Origin: Archangium sp.
Lineage (GTDB): Bacteria > Myxococcota > Myxococcia > Myxococcales > Myxococcaceae
Assembly: GCA_031367385.1 (NCBI GenBank)
Contig: JANLPS010000514.1
Location: forward strand, 1-64,000
DNA: 64,000 nt
Direction: 5' to 3'
Of the stretch, positions 39,899 through 49,711 are shown piece after piece. A program made the position numbers and the translations under genes. The notes beneath the pieces are model-generated. The model searched no databases. It saw only the letters and a list, made by a program, of their open reading frames with translations, and had not been told where the DNA came from. Position 1 is the first letter of the stretch, and every line of letters begins with the position of its first letter.

Positions 39899-41343
39899 TT
39901 GGAAGTCTCCGAGGCCCAGAGGTGTTGCGCGGCGTAGGCACGCCACGGTCGCCAGGCTTCTGAACGAGCCAGCAAGGCTTTCGAGGTCGGGCGAGCACCG
40001 CGCTTGGGAGTGGCAGCGCGCAACAACCCCACGTCGCTGCTTGGAAACGCGTCGGGCTCGCGCATCGCACGCAACGCGATGTACTGCGCGGTCCACTCTC
40101 CGATGCCGGTGATGCGGCGGAGCCTGGTGATGGCCTCATCGATGCTGCCGAGCGGGTGAAACAGCATCGGGTCGGCCAGTGCAGCGACCGCGACCGCTTT
40201 GAGCGTCTGCCTGCGGGCGGCCGGCATGCCGAGCGCGCTCAGGTCAGCGCTTGCGACACTCGCCGCATCGGGAAAGAGCGAGCTCAGCGGGCCCACCGAT
40301 CGCGCGAGTCGGGCTCCGCACAGCTCGACCAACCGACTGGCCAACCGGCGCCCCGCCTCGAGCGTGACCTGCTGGCCAAGCACCGCGCGCAGGGCGAGCT
40401 CGAAGCCGTCCCACGCGCCGGGTACGCGGAGCCCTGGCCGACGGCTGACCAATCTGCGCAGCAATGGGTCGCCGCAGAGGTGAGCGCCAATCGCCTCGAT
40501 GTCGGCCGCCACATCGAAGACCCGCCGAGCGCGCGTCACCAGGCCCGTGAGCCCTCGCGTCGAATCACACCTCAAGGTCAGCAAGAGGTTGCTCTTCTGC
40601 GGCTCATGCGCGACCTCGACGATGCCCACATGGCCCTCGTGGCTGGCGGTGCGCCGATAGACACCTTGGGTGACTTCTTCGACCCCGTCGATGGCGCGCG
40701 CCTCGAAGTACGCGAGCATGTGCCCCCAGTCGTACGGCGGCCGATATCGCAACCTCAGCGTGACTGGTGCTTCTGCCGAGGTCAGCACCCTGCTTCGTCG
40801 CAACGAGCTGGGCGGCCGCTTGAACAGCATTTGAAACGTCTCGTTGAATCGGCGAATGCTGCCGAAGCCCGACGCCAGCGCGACCTCGGTCATTGGCAGC
40901 TGGGTCTCATGGAGCAGCTGCTTCGCGAAGAGCACGCGCCTGGTCTGAGCGACGGCGATCGGTGACGCGCCGAGATGTTTCTCGAAGAGTCGCCGAAGCT
41001 GACGAGCCCCGACGCCCAGCCGCTCAGCGAGCAACTCGACGCTCGGGTCAGCGCCTTCGCCAATCAACGCGAGCGCGCGAGAGACGGTGTTGGCAGTGCC
41101 GCGCCACGAAGCCCCGTCGGGCGCGGTCTCAGGCCGGCAACGCAGGCAGGGTCGAAACCCCGCCTCTTGTGCCGCCGCGGCCGAAGCGAAGAACCGGCAG
41201 TTCTCGGCTTTGGCTGGCCGCGCCGGGCACACCGGCCGGCAGTAGATGCCGGTCGAGGTGATGCCCACGAACAAGCGACCATCGAAGCGTGTATCTTTGG
41301 TTCGCAGTGCTCGGTAGCACGCGGTGTGGTCGCTCACGTTCAT
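39895..41343 (-). CDS. alkA: Bifunctional AdaA-like regulator / 3-methyladenine glycosylase II
   Basis: Ada Zn site (GIYCRPVCP, FRPCLRCRP), AraC HTH, AlkA_N and HhH (GIGEWTA, PDAFP). Confidence 0.92.
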   Translation of the reverse strand: MNVSDHTACYRALRTKDTRFDGRLFVGITSTGIYCRPVCPARPAKAENCRFFASAAAAQEAGFRPCLRCRPETAPDGASWRGTANTVSRALALIGEGADPSVELLAERLGVGARQLRRLFEKHLGASPIAVAQTRRVLFAKQLLHETQLPMTEVALASGFGSIRRFNETFQMLFKRPPSSLRRSRVLTSAEAPVTLRLRYRPPYDWGHMLAYFEARAIDGVEEVTQGVYRRTASHEGHVGIVEVAHEPQKSNLLLTLRCDSTRGLTGLVTRARRVFDVAADIEAIGAHLCGDPLLRRLVSRRPGLRVPGAWDGFELALRAVLGQQVTLEAGRRLASRLVELCGARLARSVGPLSSLFPDAASVASADLSALGMPAARRQTLKAVAVAALADPMLFHPLGSIDEAITRLRRITGIGEWTAQYIALRAMREPDAFPSSDVGLLRAATPKRGARPTSKALLARSEAWRPWRAYAAQHLWASETSK

Positions 41344-41418
41344 TGAGCCAACCTTGCCACGCAACAGCCCCCTCGACTGGCGGTTTTCGGACACCGAGTT
41401 TCTACCCCTCGAAACCGC

Positions 41419-43245
41419 TCAGGGCGCGGGGCGAACGACCGTATTGCTATCGAACGTGGTCGCCGCGATGCGGGCCAACACCCGCCCCTCGATGGTCGCG
41501 CCGGTTTGCATGGTGATTGCCTGGTCGGCCATCACGGTACCGACGAAGACGCTGGTCGAGCCAAAGGTGGCCGAGGTACCGACTTGCCAGAACACGTTCT
41601 TCGCCTGTGCACCGCCAGCGAGAATGACCTGGCGACCCGAGGTCGTGGTCAGCGTCGAGGCCATTTGAAAGATGAAGACCGCGGTGTCGTCGCCCTGCGC
41701 ATCGAGGGTCAGGTCGCCCGAGCTGATCGCCAGAGACGAGGTCGATTTGTAGAGGCCCGGGGCGAGCGTCTGCCCGCCGAGGTTGCCCGCGACCGAGACG
41801 GGGCACAGGGTGCGCCCAGCGGCTTCGTTGTAGGCCGTGGTCAGGTCAGCAATGCCGGTCGCGGCCGTGGGGTCGCCGTTGTGCTGCGCACCGACGATGG
41901 CGCCAACCGCGAAGCCAGTCACGGCCGTACCGGGGCTCACGCCGAGGTCTCCGATGATTGACGTCGGGCCGGTGTTGGTCACCGTCGACCCAGCGAGCAC
42001 CGCGAAGTCGGCTGCTGATTTCAACGTGATCGGCAGCTGGCCACAGGCGCCAGTCATCCAGCTCCACACGGCGTCGAGCGCCAATGCATTGCCGGCGAGG
42101 TCTTTCGCCCCCGTGGTCACGGTGGCCGTGTAGGGCAAGTCGAGGCCCATCGGGCTGAGTGGTGTGAAGTACGCAGTCGCGGTCGCGATGTCGTAGCTGA
42201 CGGTGCCGTTGACGGTGGTGAGGCCCTGCTTCACGCCGAAGGTCGCGCCGGTGATGGTGAGCGGGTCCATCGGTTTGTCGAAGCGCGCGCAGATGAGCGC
42301 GGTGGTCGACACGCCGACGGCGTTCTTCAACGGGCAGGTCGAGAGAATGCCCGGCCCGACGACAGTCATGCCCGTCGTGAACGACCACACGGCGTTGGTG
42401 ACCAGCGGTAAGCCCGAGGTGTTGGTCGCTCCCGTGGTGACGGTCGCGGTGTAGAGCGTATTCGGCAGCAGGTTCACCGTCGGGTTGATGGTCGCGGTGG
42501 TGCCGCCGTAGGTCACGACCGAGGCGACCGGCGTGGTGCCCTGCTTGAGGGTGAAGGTCGTGTTGTTGATCGTGGCCGGGTTCATCTTGGTATTGAACGT
42601 CGCGGTTGCCGATACGTTGATGCCTGCATCCATGCCGTTGTCGGGGGGCGTGGTCGAGATCACGCTCGGGTTGTTTTCAGTCGTGAAAGACCAGGTATAG
42701 GCAGAACGGAGCGGGGCACCAGCCAGGCTGGTCGCGCCGGTCGTGATGGTCGCGGTGTAGGTCGTGTTCGGCAACAGGTTCACATTCGGGTTCAACGTCG
42801 CTCTGGTACCCGCGTAGCTCACGACTGCGGCGACCAGCGTCGAGCCCTGCTTGAGGGTGAACGTGAGGTCGTTGATGGTCGAGCTCTGCATCGGGGTACT
42901 GAAGTTCGCCGTCGGTGAAACACTGATTGAGGCGCCCGACGAGTTGTTGAGCGGTGTGGTGGAAATGACGGTCGGCGCGATCAAACCCGCGTCGGTGAAG
43001 CCCGCGTCGACGCCGGTGAGGCCGCCATCTCCAAACGCGACTCCGCTGTCGCTTTCAGCGAGCCCGCTGTCGAAGCCGCCGACCCCTCCTCCGGTTCCGC
43101 CCCCACCACCTCCCGCGTCGCGAACGACCCCGCTATCGCGTTTGACGCTCGCGTCGGCGTTCAAGTCGAACTCGACCAGCGGGCCTCCACAAGCAGAGAC
43201 GAGAGACAGCGCGCACAGAGACAGCAGGAGGTTCGAGATTTTCAT
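41419..43245 (-). CDS. Ice-binding (DUF3494) lipoprotein with three Ig-like (Big_5) domains
   Basis: Lipobox VSAC; three repeats of TV..T.P...F..PM...TI...YTAT.TTG...WSFTT; C-terminal FAVLAGSTVTNTG...VFIFQ...NVFWQVG.SAT. Confidence 0.9.
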   Translation of the reverse strand: MKISNLLLSLCALSLVSACGGPLVEFDLNADASVKRDSGVVRDAGGGGGGTGGGVGGFDSGLAESDSGVAFGDGGLTGVDAGFTDAGLIAPTVISTTPLNNSSGASISVSPTANFSTPMQSSTINDLTFTLKQGSTLVAAVVSYAGTRATLNPNVNLLPNTTYTATITTGATSLAGAPLRSAYTWSFTTENNPSVISTTPPDNGMDAGINVSATATFNTKMNPATINNTTFTLKQGTTPVASVVTYGGTTATINPTVNLLPNTLYTATVTTGATNTSGLPLVTNAVWSFTTGMTVVGPGILSTCPLKNAVGVSTTALICARFDKPMDPLTITGATFGVKQGLTTVNGTVSYDIATATAYFTPLSPMGLDLPYTATVTTGAKDLAGNALALDAVWSWMTGACGQLPITLKSAADFAVLAGSTVTNTGPTSIIGDLGVSPGTAVTGFAVGAIVGAQHNGDPTAATGIADLTTAYNEAAGRTLCPVSVAGNLGGQTLAPGLYKSTSSLAISSGDLTLDAQGDDTAVFIFQMASTLTTTSGRQVILAGGAQAKNVFWQVGTSATFGSTSVFVGTVMADQAITMQTGATIEGRVLARIAATTFDSNTVVRPAP

Positions 43246-43323
43246 GTGGGTCATTTGCGGGCGCCGGTGGTGCAAGACGAGTCGACAGCTCGTCTAAAGT
43301 CCGCAGCCCGCGTACGGAACGAG

Positions 43324-43340
43324 AGCAGCCCACGTGCCAA
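43324..43340 (-). promoter_or_regulatory. sigma54 promoter of the ice-binding protein gene
   Basis: The minus strand reads TTGGCACGTGGGCTGCT, a near-consensus -24/-12 element. Confidence 0.75.
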
Positions 43341-43576
43341 CAGCAACCCGCGCGAGTTGCGTCGAGCGAACGCAGCGCCCAGACGCCGTTACGCCTCACG
43401 ACGCAGGATTGCCCGAGGCGGTCGCGCTCAGTGTGCTGTGCGCACACCAAGACGCGACTCGAAGTCAAAAAACGGTCAACCCTCAGAGCTTGGGTGCATT
43501 CCTCCGGTGAGGAACATCTCTTTCGAGGGCTTGGGGTGGGCGCCGCGTTCTCGATTCAGAGCAGCCAAAGCCGTGA

Positions 43577-43592
43577 CGGCATGTTCGGTGCG
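43577..43592 (+). promoter_or_regulatory. sigma54 promoter of the OmpA gene
   Basis: CGGCATGTTCGGTGCG (GG-N10-GC), overlapped by the palindrome GGTGCGTACGCACC. Confidence 0.55.
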
Positions 43593-43604
43593 TACGCACC
43601 AAGA

Positions 43605-44711
43605 ATGAACATTCGCCGAGCCTGTCGAACAGCCGCAGCCTTCAGCACCGTCTTCTTGGCGTCATCGGCCGCGTACGCGAGTGAGGTGAGCTTCAAGCTC
43701 GAGCCAGGCCTCGCCTTTGCGTTGTCAGACCCGCAGGCCGATCACTACGCCCTCGGTGGCGGGCAGTCGTTCAAGGTGCTCTTCGGCCTCAATCGCTACC
43801 TCGACATCGGGCCCAGCTTCTCGTTCATGGTCGTGCCTCCAGCGAGCGGCTTCACCGCGTTCGGCACTGCGTTCACCGGCGGTTTCGGAGCGCGAATCGC
43901 AAGGCCGCGAGACGAGGTGACGGCGATGGGCCTTTCTCCATGGGCCGATGTCGATGCGCTGTACGTTCGCACCGGCTCGCTCGACCGCCCAGGCTTCGAC
44001 GCGGCGGTCGGCGTGTCGTTGCCCATCGGTGTCACACACACCTTCTGGGTGGGCCCGTTCGTTCGCTACCTTCATATTTTTCAGGTCTATCGCGCCGGCC
44101 TCGAACCAGGCGACGCGAACATGTTGACGGTGGGCCTGAGCTTCGAGGTCAGCACCGGCAATGGCCCGGCGCGCGCGCCTGAACAGGTCGCAACCGCGTC
44201 GGCTCCGGTCATTCAAGACCGGGTGTCATGCCCTGATCGCGACAACGACACGGTGCCAGACTCCATCGACCGCTGCCCTGACGTGTCGGGGCCGATCGAG
44301 AACGCGGGCTGCCCCAACTACAAGAAGGTGGTCGTCAAGGCTGACAAGCTCGAGCTCAAAGAGAAGCTCTACTTCGCATGGGACAGCGCGACCCTCGAGG
44401 AGGCGTCGTTTGCCACACTCGATGAAGTCGCGCAGGCCCTCAAGGACAACCCGAGCTTTCGCGTACAGGTCGAGGGTCACACTGACTCATCAGGCACCGA
44501 TGACCACAACCAGACGCTCTCAGAACAGCGAGCTCAAGCGGTGTTGGGCTACCTCTCCGCACACGGGGTCGCCCAAGACCGGCTGACCTCGAAGGGCTTC
44601 AGCTCATCGCAGCCGCTCGACACCAATCAAACGGTGGCAGGCCGCGAGAACAATCGCCGGGTCGAGTTCGTGGTGAACTTCGCACTGATCAAAGAGCCCG
44701 CCGCCAAGTAA
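43605..44711 (+). CDS. OmpA-family outer membrane protein with TSP3-like repeats
   Basis: Signal peptide, beta-barrel, DRDNDTVPDSIDRCP, VEGHTD, LSEQRA and NRRVEF. Confidence 0.92.
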   Translation: MNIRRACRTAAAFSTVFLASSAAYASEVSFKLEPGLAFALSDPQADHYALGGGQSFKVLFGLNRYLDIGPSFSFMVVPPASGFTAFGTAFTGGFGARIARPRDEVTAMGLSPWADVDALYVRTGSLDRPGFDAAVGVSLPIGVTHTFWVGPFVRYLHIFQVYRAGLEPGDANMLTVGLSFEVSTGNGPARAPEQVATASAPVIQDRVSCPDRDNDTVPDSIDRCPDVSGPIENAGCPNYKKVVVKADKLELKEKLYFAWDSATLEEASFATLDEVAQALKDNPSFRVQVEGHTDSSGTDDHNQTLSEQRAQAVLGYLSAHGVAQDRLTSKGFSSSQPLDTNQTVAGRENNRRVEFVVNFALIKEPAAK

Positions 44712-44716
44712 CGACT

Positions 44717-46492
44717 TCACGCAGCGTCTTTGGGGCCTTCACGAAATTGTTTTCTGTAGAGCTCGGCGTAACGCCCGCCGGCGGCGAGCAGGGCATCGTG
44801 CGTACCCCGCTCGATGATCTGCCCGCCCTCGATGACGAGAATCAGATCAGCGTTGGTGATGGTGCTCAAGCGATGCGCGATGACCACGGCAGTGCGCTGG
44901 GCGAGCAGCGTCGAGAGTGCCTTCTGAATGAGCGACTCAGTGCGAGTGTCGATGTTGGCAGTGGCCTCATCGAGAATCAGCACGCTGGGCTTCATCAGCA
45001 CGGCGCGGGCGAAGGCCATCAATTGCCGCTGACCCTGACTGAGCGAGCCACCGCCCTCGTTGAGCACGGTGTCGTAGCCCTTGGGCAGGCCACTGATGAA
45101 GTCGTGCAGCCCAACGGCCTTCGCGGCGGCCTCGATCTTCTCGCGCGGCGCGTCGGGGTACCCGTAAGCGATGTTGTCGGCCAAAGAGCCGGTGAAGAGA
45201 AAGGGCTCTTGCGGCACCATCGCCATGTGCGCGCGCAGGCTCGCCCGGCTGACCTTGGTCACGTCATGGCCATCGAGGCGAATGGTGCCCGAGGTCGCGT
45301 CGTAGAACCGAGGCACCAGGTTGGCGATGGTGGTCTTGCCCGCTCCGGTGCGGCCCACCAGGGCCACCACCTGCCCCGCCGCCACCTCGAAGCTGATCTC
45401 TTTGAGCACCGGCCGCGCAGGGTCGTACGAGAATGACACCTGCTCGAAGCTGATTCGACCTTCAACGCGCTCGAGCATCGTCGAGTCTCGAGCATCATCG
45501 GGCTCGACCGGAGCGTCGAGAATCGCGAACAGCCGCTCGGCCCCCGCAAGCGCCGATTGCGCGAGGGTGTACACCGAGGCCGCCAATTGCACCGGCCTGA
45601 AGAACTGCTGCACGTAGAGCAAGAACGCAGCGAGCACGCCGATGCTCAGCCGCTCGTTGAACACCAACCAGCCGCCGAAGCCGATCACCAAGGCATTGGC
45701 GAGCGTCGAGAGCATGTCGATGGCCGGTGAGAACGCCGAGGTGATGCCAGTCGCAGAGACGTTGGCGTCTCGGTTGGCTGCGTTTCGCTCGCGAAAGCGC
45801 GCGATGTTCACCTCGGTGCGATTGAAGGCCTGGGCCTCGCGAATGCCTACGATGCCTTCTTGCAAGTCGGCGCTGACGTCACCGGTGGTCTCACGGGTCT
45901 TGCGATACGCCGCTCTGGCGCGGGCCGCGAAGAACGAGGTCGTCGCCAACATCACGGGGATGATGGTGAAGCACACCAGCGCGAGCTGCCAGTTGAGCCA
46001 CAGCATCGCGATGATAATGCCGACCAGCGCGAGCAGCTGGCCGAGCAGTTGCGTCAGGCCCTGTGCGAAGAGCTGGTTGAGCGTGTCGACGTCGCTCTGC
46101 AACCGGCTCATCAGGTCGCCGATGGGCCGCTTGTCGAAGTACGAGATGGGGAGGAGCTGCAGGTGGCGAAACAACCGCGCCCGCATCGAGGCGAGAATTC
46201 GTTGGCCGGTGCCGCCGATCAACCGCGACTGCATGCGCTGCGCAGTGGCGCTGGCGGCGTACACCGCGAGCAACAGCCCCATCGACAGAGCGAGCCCGCT
46301 GGTGTCGCGCGAACCGATGTTGCGGTCGATTGCATGGCCCACCAACCAGGGAGCCAGCGATTGCCCCGCGGCTGAAATCACCACGAAGATCATCGCCGTC
46401 CACACCGGTTTCTTGAAGGGGGCGATCTCTCGCAGCAGCCTGCGCGCCACGCCCGCGCGATCAGCCGCGCGCTGCACGGTGGTCTCGGCCAT
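44717..46492 (-). CDS. ABC exporter, permease/ATPase fusion (heterodimer subunit)
   Basis: GRTGAGKT, LSQGQRQ, LDEAT and IAHRLSTI (consensus ATPase site). Confidence 0.93.
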   Translation of the reverse strand: MAETTVQRAADRAGVARRLLREIAPFKKPVWTAMIFVVISAAGQSLAPWLVGHAIDRNIGSRDTSGLALSMGLLLAVYAASATAQRMQSRLIGGTGQRILASMRARLFRHLQLLPISYFDKRPIGDLMSRLQSDVDTLNQLFAQGLTQLLGQLLALVGIIIAMLWLNWQLALVCFTIIPVMLATTSFFAARARAAYRKTRETTGDVSADLQEGIVGIREAQAFNRTEVNIARFRERNAANRDANVSATGITSAFSPAIDMLSTLANALVIGFGGWLVFNERLSIGVLAAFLLYVQQFFRPVQLAASVYTLAQSALAGAERLFAILDAPVEPDDARDSTMLERVEGRISFEQVSFSYDPARPVLKEISFEVAAGQVVALVGRTGAGKTTIANLVPRFYDATSGTIRLDGHDVTKVSRASLRAHMAMVPQEPFLFTGSLADNIAYGYPDAPREKIEAAAKAVGLHDFISGLPKGYDTVLNEGGGSLSQGQRQLMAFARAVLMKPSVLILDEATANIDTRTESLIQKALSTLLAQRTAVVIAHRLSTITNADLILVIEGGQIIERGTHDALLAAGGRYAELYRKQFREGPKDAA

Positions 46493-46515
46493 CGCCTCGA
46501 TGCTGCCTGGGCGCC

Positions 46516-48309
46516 TCACGCGGCCTCCGTCAGCTTGCCACGCAGCTGCGTGCCGAGAATCTCGTTGTAGAGCGGGCTGCTGGCGAGAAGCTCTTCGTGT
46601 TTGCCCTTGGCGACGATCTGCCCCTCATCGAGCACCAAGATGACGTCGGCGTCGCGAACGGTGCTGATGCGCTGGGCGATGACGAACGCGGTCTTGCTGG
46701 TATTTCGCATCAAGCCATCGAGGGCCGCTTGAATCGCGAGCTCGGTCTCGGCATCGACGGCCGAGGTGCTGTCGTCGAGAATCAAGAGCTTCGGGTCGGT
46801 CAGCAGCGCACGGGCGATCGCGATTCGCTGCCGCTGACCACCCGAGAGGCCCACTCCGCGCTCGCCGATGATCGTCTCGTACCCCTGCGGCAGCTCGTCG
46901 ATGAACGAGGCCGCCTGCGCCGCCACCGCCGCCGCGCGAACCTCTTCGAGCGTCGCCTCGGGCCGGCCATAGGCGATGTTGCTGCGCACCGAGCCAGAGA
47001 ACAGCAGCGCCTCCTGCAAGACGATGCCGATCTGCGAGCGCAAGCTGCTCAAGGTCACGGTGCGAACATCGTGGCCGTCGACCAGCACCGAGCCCGAGGT
47101 GACGTCGTAGAAGCGAGGTATCAGGTTGATGATCGTGCTCTTGCCCGCACCGGTCGTGCCGAGCAACGCCACGGTCTGCCCAGGCTCAATGGTGAAGTCG
47201 ACGCCCTTCAAGATCGGCTTCTCGCTGCCGGTGTAGCGAAACACCACGTTCTTGAACTCGACCCTGCCCTGCAGCGCGGGCAGCGGCTTGGCATCGGCCG
47301 CGTCAGAGAGCTCGAGGGGCGTATCGAGCAACTCGAACACCCGCATGGCCGAGGCGCCCGCGCGCGAGATCTGCGCTGCGAGAAAACCAATGGTCATGAT
47401 CGGCATCAGCAAGAACGCCAGGTAGCTGTTGAAGGCGATCAGCTGCCCCAACGAGAGCTCGCCGCGAAAAATCTGCAACCCGCCGACACCGACCACCGCC
47501 ACGGTGCCGAGGTTGGCGAAGAAGTTCACGAAGGGAAAGTTGCTCGACATCGCGTCGACGACCTGAAGGTTCTGGTCTCGAAGCTCGTCGTTGATCTGGC
47601 CGTAGCGGGCGACCTCTCGTTTTTCGCCAGAGAACGCGCGCACGACCTTGAGCCCCTGGAGGCTCTCTTGAAGCACGGTGCTGAGCCTGGCGAGCGTGCC
47701 CTGCAAGCGGCCGAAGAGCGGGCCGATGCTGGTGACGAAGCGCTTGAGCACCCAGAAAATCGGCACCACCGTCGCCAAGGCCGCCAACGCCAGCGTGGCG
47801 TTGATCGAGAACAACAAGATGATCGTGCCCAGCAGCATCGCGAGCGACGCGGCCAGCTGCACCACGCCTGAGCCGACGAAGCTACGAACCTGCTCGACGT
47901 CGTTGGTCAGGCGGGTCAGCAAATTACCGGTCTGCGCGGTGTCGTAATAATTGAAGCTCAGCTTTTGAATGTGCGCATACAACCCGTCGCGCAGATGAAA
48001 CGCGACCCCTTGCGAGGCGCGCTCAGCGAGGTAGCCTTGAAGAAAGTTGAGCAGGCCGCGAATCAGCGCGACCGCGACCAACCCTCCGACGGCGAGCTGC
48101 ACGTTCGACCAATCACGCGGGGTCAGCCCTTGATCGATCGCGAAGCGGAGCAGCTGAGGCGCGGCCAGGTTGGCGACCGAGACCAGCAAGAGCGAGGTCA
48201 GCGCGCCGAAGGTCTCGAGCCGGTACGAGCCCAGATACCGAATCGCCCTCAAGACCGCTTTGCCGCTGCCAGGCACGGAGCCAGGCCGACGAGATGGTTC
48301 GTTCGCCAC
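46516..48309 (-). CDS. ABC exporter, permease/ATPase fusion (degenerate-site subunit)
   Basis: GTTGAGKS and LSGGQRQR, with LDDST and IAQR (E>D and H>Q, as in TM287-type subunits). Confidence 0.93.
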   Translation of the reverse strand: MANEPSRRPGSVPGSGKAVLRAIRYLGSYRLETFGALTSLLLVSVANLAAPQLLRFAIDQGLTPRDWSNVQLAVGGLVAVALIRGLLNFLQGYLAERASQGVAFHLRDGLYAHIQKLSFNYYDTAQTGNLLTRLTNDVEQVRSFVGSGVVQLAASLAMLLGTIILLFSINATLALAALATVVPIFWVLKRFVTSIGPLFGRLQGTLARLSTVLQESLQGLKVVRAFSGEKREVARYGQINDELRDQNLQVVDAMSSNFPFVNFFANLGTVAVVGVGGLQIFRGELSLGQLIAFNSYLAFLLMPIMTIGFLAAQISRAGASAMRVFELLDTPLELSDAADAKPLPALQGRVEFKNVVFRYTGSEKPILKGVDFTIEPGQTVALLGTTGAGKSTIINLIPRFYDVTSGSVLVDGHDVRTVTLSSLRSQIGIVLQEALLFSGSVRSNIAYGRPEATLEEVRAAAVAAQAASFIDELPQGYETIIGERGVGLSGGQRQRIAIARALLTDPKLLILDDSTSAVDAETELAIQAALDGLMRNTSKTAFVIAQRISTVRDADVILVLDEGQIVAKGKHEELLASSPLYNEILGTQLRGKLTEAA

Positions 48310-48381
48310 CCGCTGCCTCTAGCAGGTCGACGCCCGCCGGTCGGCAAGAATTGGGGCCGGCGTTTCGCCCCGAAGCGACCC

Positions 48382-48819
48382 TCAACGGCCCTTACGCGGC
48401 TTCTTCGCCAGCGGTGCCCCGACCGACAGAAACGACCGGGTGAACGTGTGCGGCAACAACTCGCCCAGGGTGTACGCCGCTTCGTCGCCCTTGAGGGTGC
48501 GCGATCGAATCATCAACCCGGGGCCTGCGAACTCGGCCAACACCTGGCGGCACATGCCGCACGGAGGCGTGGGCACCACGCTGTCGACCACGATCGCACA
48601 GGCCACTGGAGTGCGCCCGGCCAACACCATCGCTCCAATCGCGTTTCGCTCTGCGCAGGTGGTCAACCCGTAGCTCGCGGTCTCGACGTTGCAGCCCGAG
48701 GCGATCGACCCATCATCGAGCAACAGCGCGGCACCGACCGCGAAGTTCGAATACGGCGCGTGGGCCTTCTTGCGTGCAACCGCTGCCGCCGCGAAGAGCC
48801 GCTTGAAGTCATCAGCCAT
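48382..48819 (-). CDS. cdd: Cytidine deaminase (homotetrameric type)
   Basis: [20 protein letters not shown] and PCGMCRQ. Confidence 0.93.
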   Translation of the reverse strand: MADDFKRLFAAAAVARKKAHAPYSNFAVGAALLLDDGSIASGCNVETASYGLTTCAERNAIGAMVLAGRTPVACAIVVDSVVPTPPCGMCRQVLAEFAGPGLMIRSRTLKGDEAAYTLGELLPHTFTRSFLSVGAPLAKKPRKGR

Positions 48820-48884
48820 GGGTCACAGTCTCCCACATCGGCGATGTCTGCCTAAGCTTTGTGTCGCGTGCTAGGGCCTGGCCG

Positions 48885-49682
48885 ATGACCGCCAGCCCCA
48901 CGCAGGTTGCATTGATCACCGGTGGCACCCGAGGCGTGGGCCGTGCGCTCTCACTTCGCCTCGCCAAGCGAGGGTACGACGTGGTCGCGACCTATCGAAG
49001 AGACACCGAAGCGGCCTCGGCGCTCGAGAAAGACGTCAGCGGGCTTGGCAGACGCTGCATCACCCTCGCGGCAGATCAGCTCGAGCCCGAGTCGCTGAAC
49101 GCCGTGTTCGAACGAATCAGCGCCGAGTTCAAACGCCTCGATGTCTTCGTCGCCAACGCGGCCTCGACCCGCTTCTCGACCTTGATGGACGTGAAGGCCC
49201 ACCAGATGGACAAGACCTTCAACGTGACGGTGAAGTCGTTCTTGCTCGCCGCCCAGCAGTGCGTGCCGTTGATGAAGGGCCGCCACGGTCGAATCGTCGC
49301 CGTCTCGGGAATGGACTCGCGGGTCGCCCTGCCCTTTCACGGGCTGCTCGGCGCGATGAAGGGCGCGATGGAGATCTTGGTGAAGTACCTGGCCTGTGAG
49401 CTCGCGGCCGACGGCATTCGGGTCAACGCGATCAACCCCGGCTACATCGACACCGAGTCATCACGCTTCTACGTGGGAGACCGATGGCCCGCGCTGGAGA
49501 AAGAGGCCACCGCGCAAGTGCCCACCGGTCACATCGGCTCGGCTGATGACATCGCAGCTGCGATCGAGTGGGTCGCGAGCGCCGAATCGCGCTACGTGAA
49601 CGGCACCACGATCAACGTCGATGGTGGGCTCGAGGCCAACTACCAGATGTACATCGCGGCCAAGCTCGCAGCAGGCGGGTGA
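48885..49682 (+). CDS. SDR oxidoreductase, FabL-like
   Basis: [22 protein letters not shown] and VDGG. Confidence 0.85.
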   Translation: MTASPTQVALITGGTRGVGRALSLRLAKRGYDVVATYRRDTEAASALEKDVSGLGRRCITLAADQLEPESLNAVFERISAEFKRLDVFVANAASTRFSTLMDVKAHQMDKTFNVTVKSFLLAAQQCVPLMKGRHGRIVAVSGMDSRVALPFHGLLGAMKGAMEILVKYLACELAADGIRVNAINPGYIDTESSRFYVGDRWPALEKEATAQVPTGHIGSADDIAAAIEWVASAESRYVNGTTINVDGGLEANYQMYIAAKLAAGG

Positions 49683-49711
49683 GCGGCTGAGCGTGAAACC
49701 ACCATGCGCGC

